Below are positions 63,949 through 64,000 of a DNA stretch of 64,000 bases, in pieces. The stretch is taken from NCBI GenBank assembly GCA_963816715.1, contig CAWFMJ010000023.1:332213-396212 (forward strand), written 5' to 3'. Source of the DNA: an uncultured delta proteobacterium (GTDB lineage Bacteria > Desulfobacterota > Syntrophorhabdia > Syntrophorhabdales > WCHB1-27). The translations under genes were made by a program, and so were the position numbers. Within the stretch, counting starts at the first letter, position 1; every line of letters begins with the position of its first letter. Under the pieces are notes generated by a model that was given only the letters and a program-made list of their open reading frames with translations, was not told the origin of the DNA and ran no database searches.

Positions 63949-64000
63949 TACAGCGCTAAGACAACGGTCGGCGCACCTTGAAGCCCCCGGTTCGGCTCGT

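Overview
GC-rich bacterial chromosomal segment. The gene content resembles anaerobic degraders of aromatic or alicyclic compounds, but taxonomy is inference only. All family calls come from reading motifs in the translations; no searches were run.

The window has three blocks.

(1) 1-17.4 kb is a beta-oxidation-like CoA-ester module. It holds an acyl-CoA dehydrogenase fragment, a crotonase, a TetR regulator with two mirrored operators, a thiolase-fold protein with no obvious nucleophilic Cys next to a DUF35 partner, an OYE/FadH-type flavin reductase, two canonical thiolases and an SDR. These surround a LivKHMGF-type ABC importer with two tandem paralogous binding proteins, a LuxR regulator and an MFS-transporter remnant.

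(2) 17.6-39.3 kb is a mosaic, partly decayed genomic island. It contains a NERD + HD-domain gene pair and a ~12.3 kb integrative element bounded by tRNA-3-prime-like direct repeats with 11-bp tandem arm-type sites. That element carries an integrase, a second recombinase with an in-frame TAG, a PD-(D/E)XK-like/small-protein/302-aa cassette, an excisionase, an IS transposase and a DUF4062-HATPase_c_4 protein. Further right lie a degraded type I R-M locus with a RhuM-Fic gene, a HigB-remnant/XRE pair, a disrupted primase-polymerase-helicase gene and a tmRNA/tRNA-Ala-like 3-prime fragment at the right edge.

(3) 39.6-64 kb is a second catabolic block whose divergent promoters share one palindromic box next to a LysR regulator. 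It encodes a split PEP-synthase-like (phenylphosphate-synthase-type) enzyme, a biotin-less carboxyltransferase, UbiX without UbiD, two tandem UPF0261 proteins, a cysteine hydrolase, a cupin, SDRs, a Zn-ADH, a second OYE reductase and two more Liv-type importers.

Best candidates for undescribed biology are the block-3 regulon as a possible ATP-dependent activation/carboxylation route, and the NERD-HD pair as a candidate defence cassette.

Several genes carry single-base frameshifts, some at homopolymers. Sequencing error versus real decay cannot be separated from the sequence alone.
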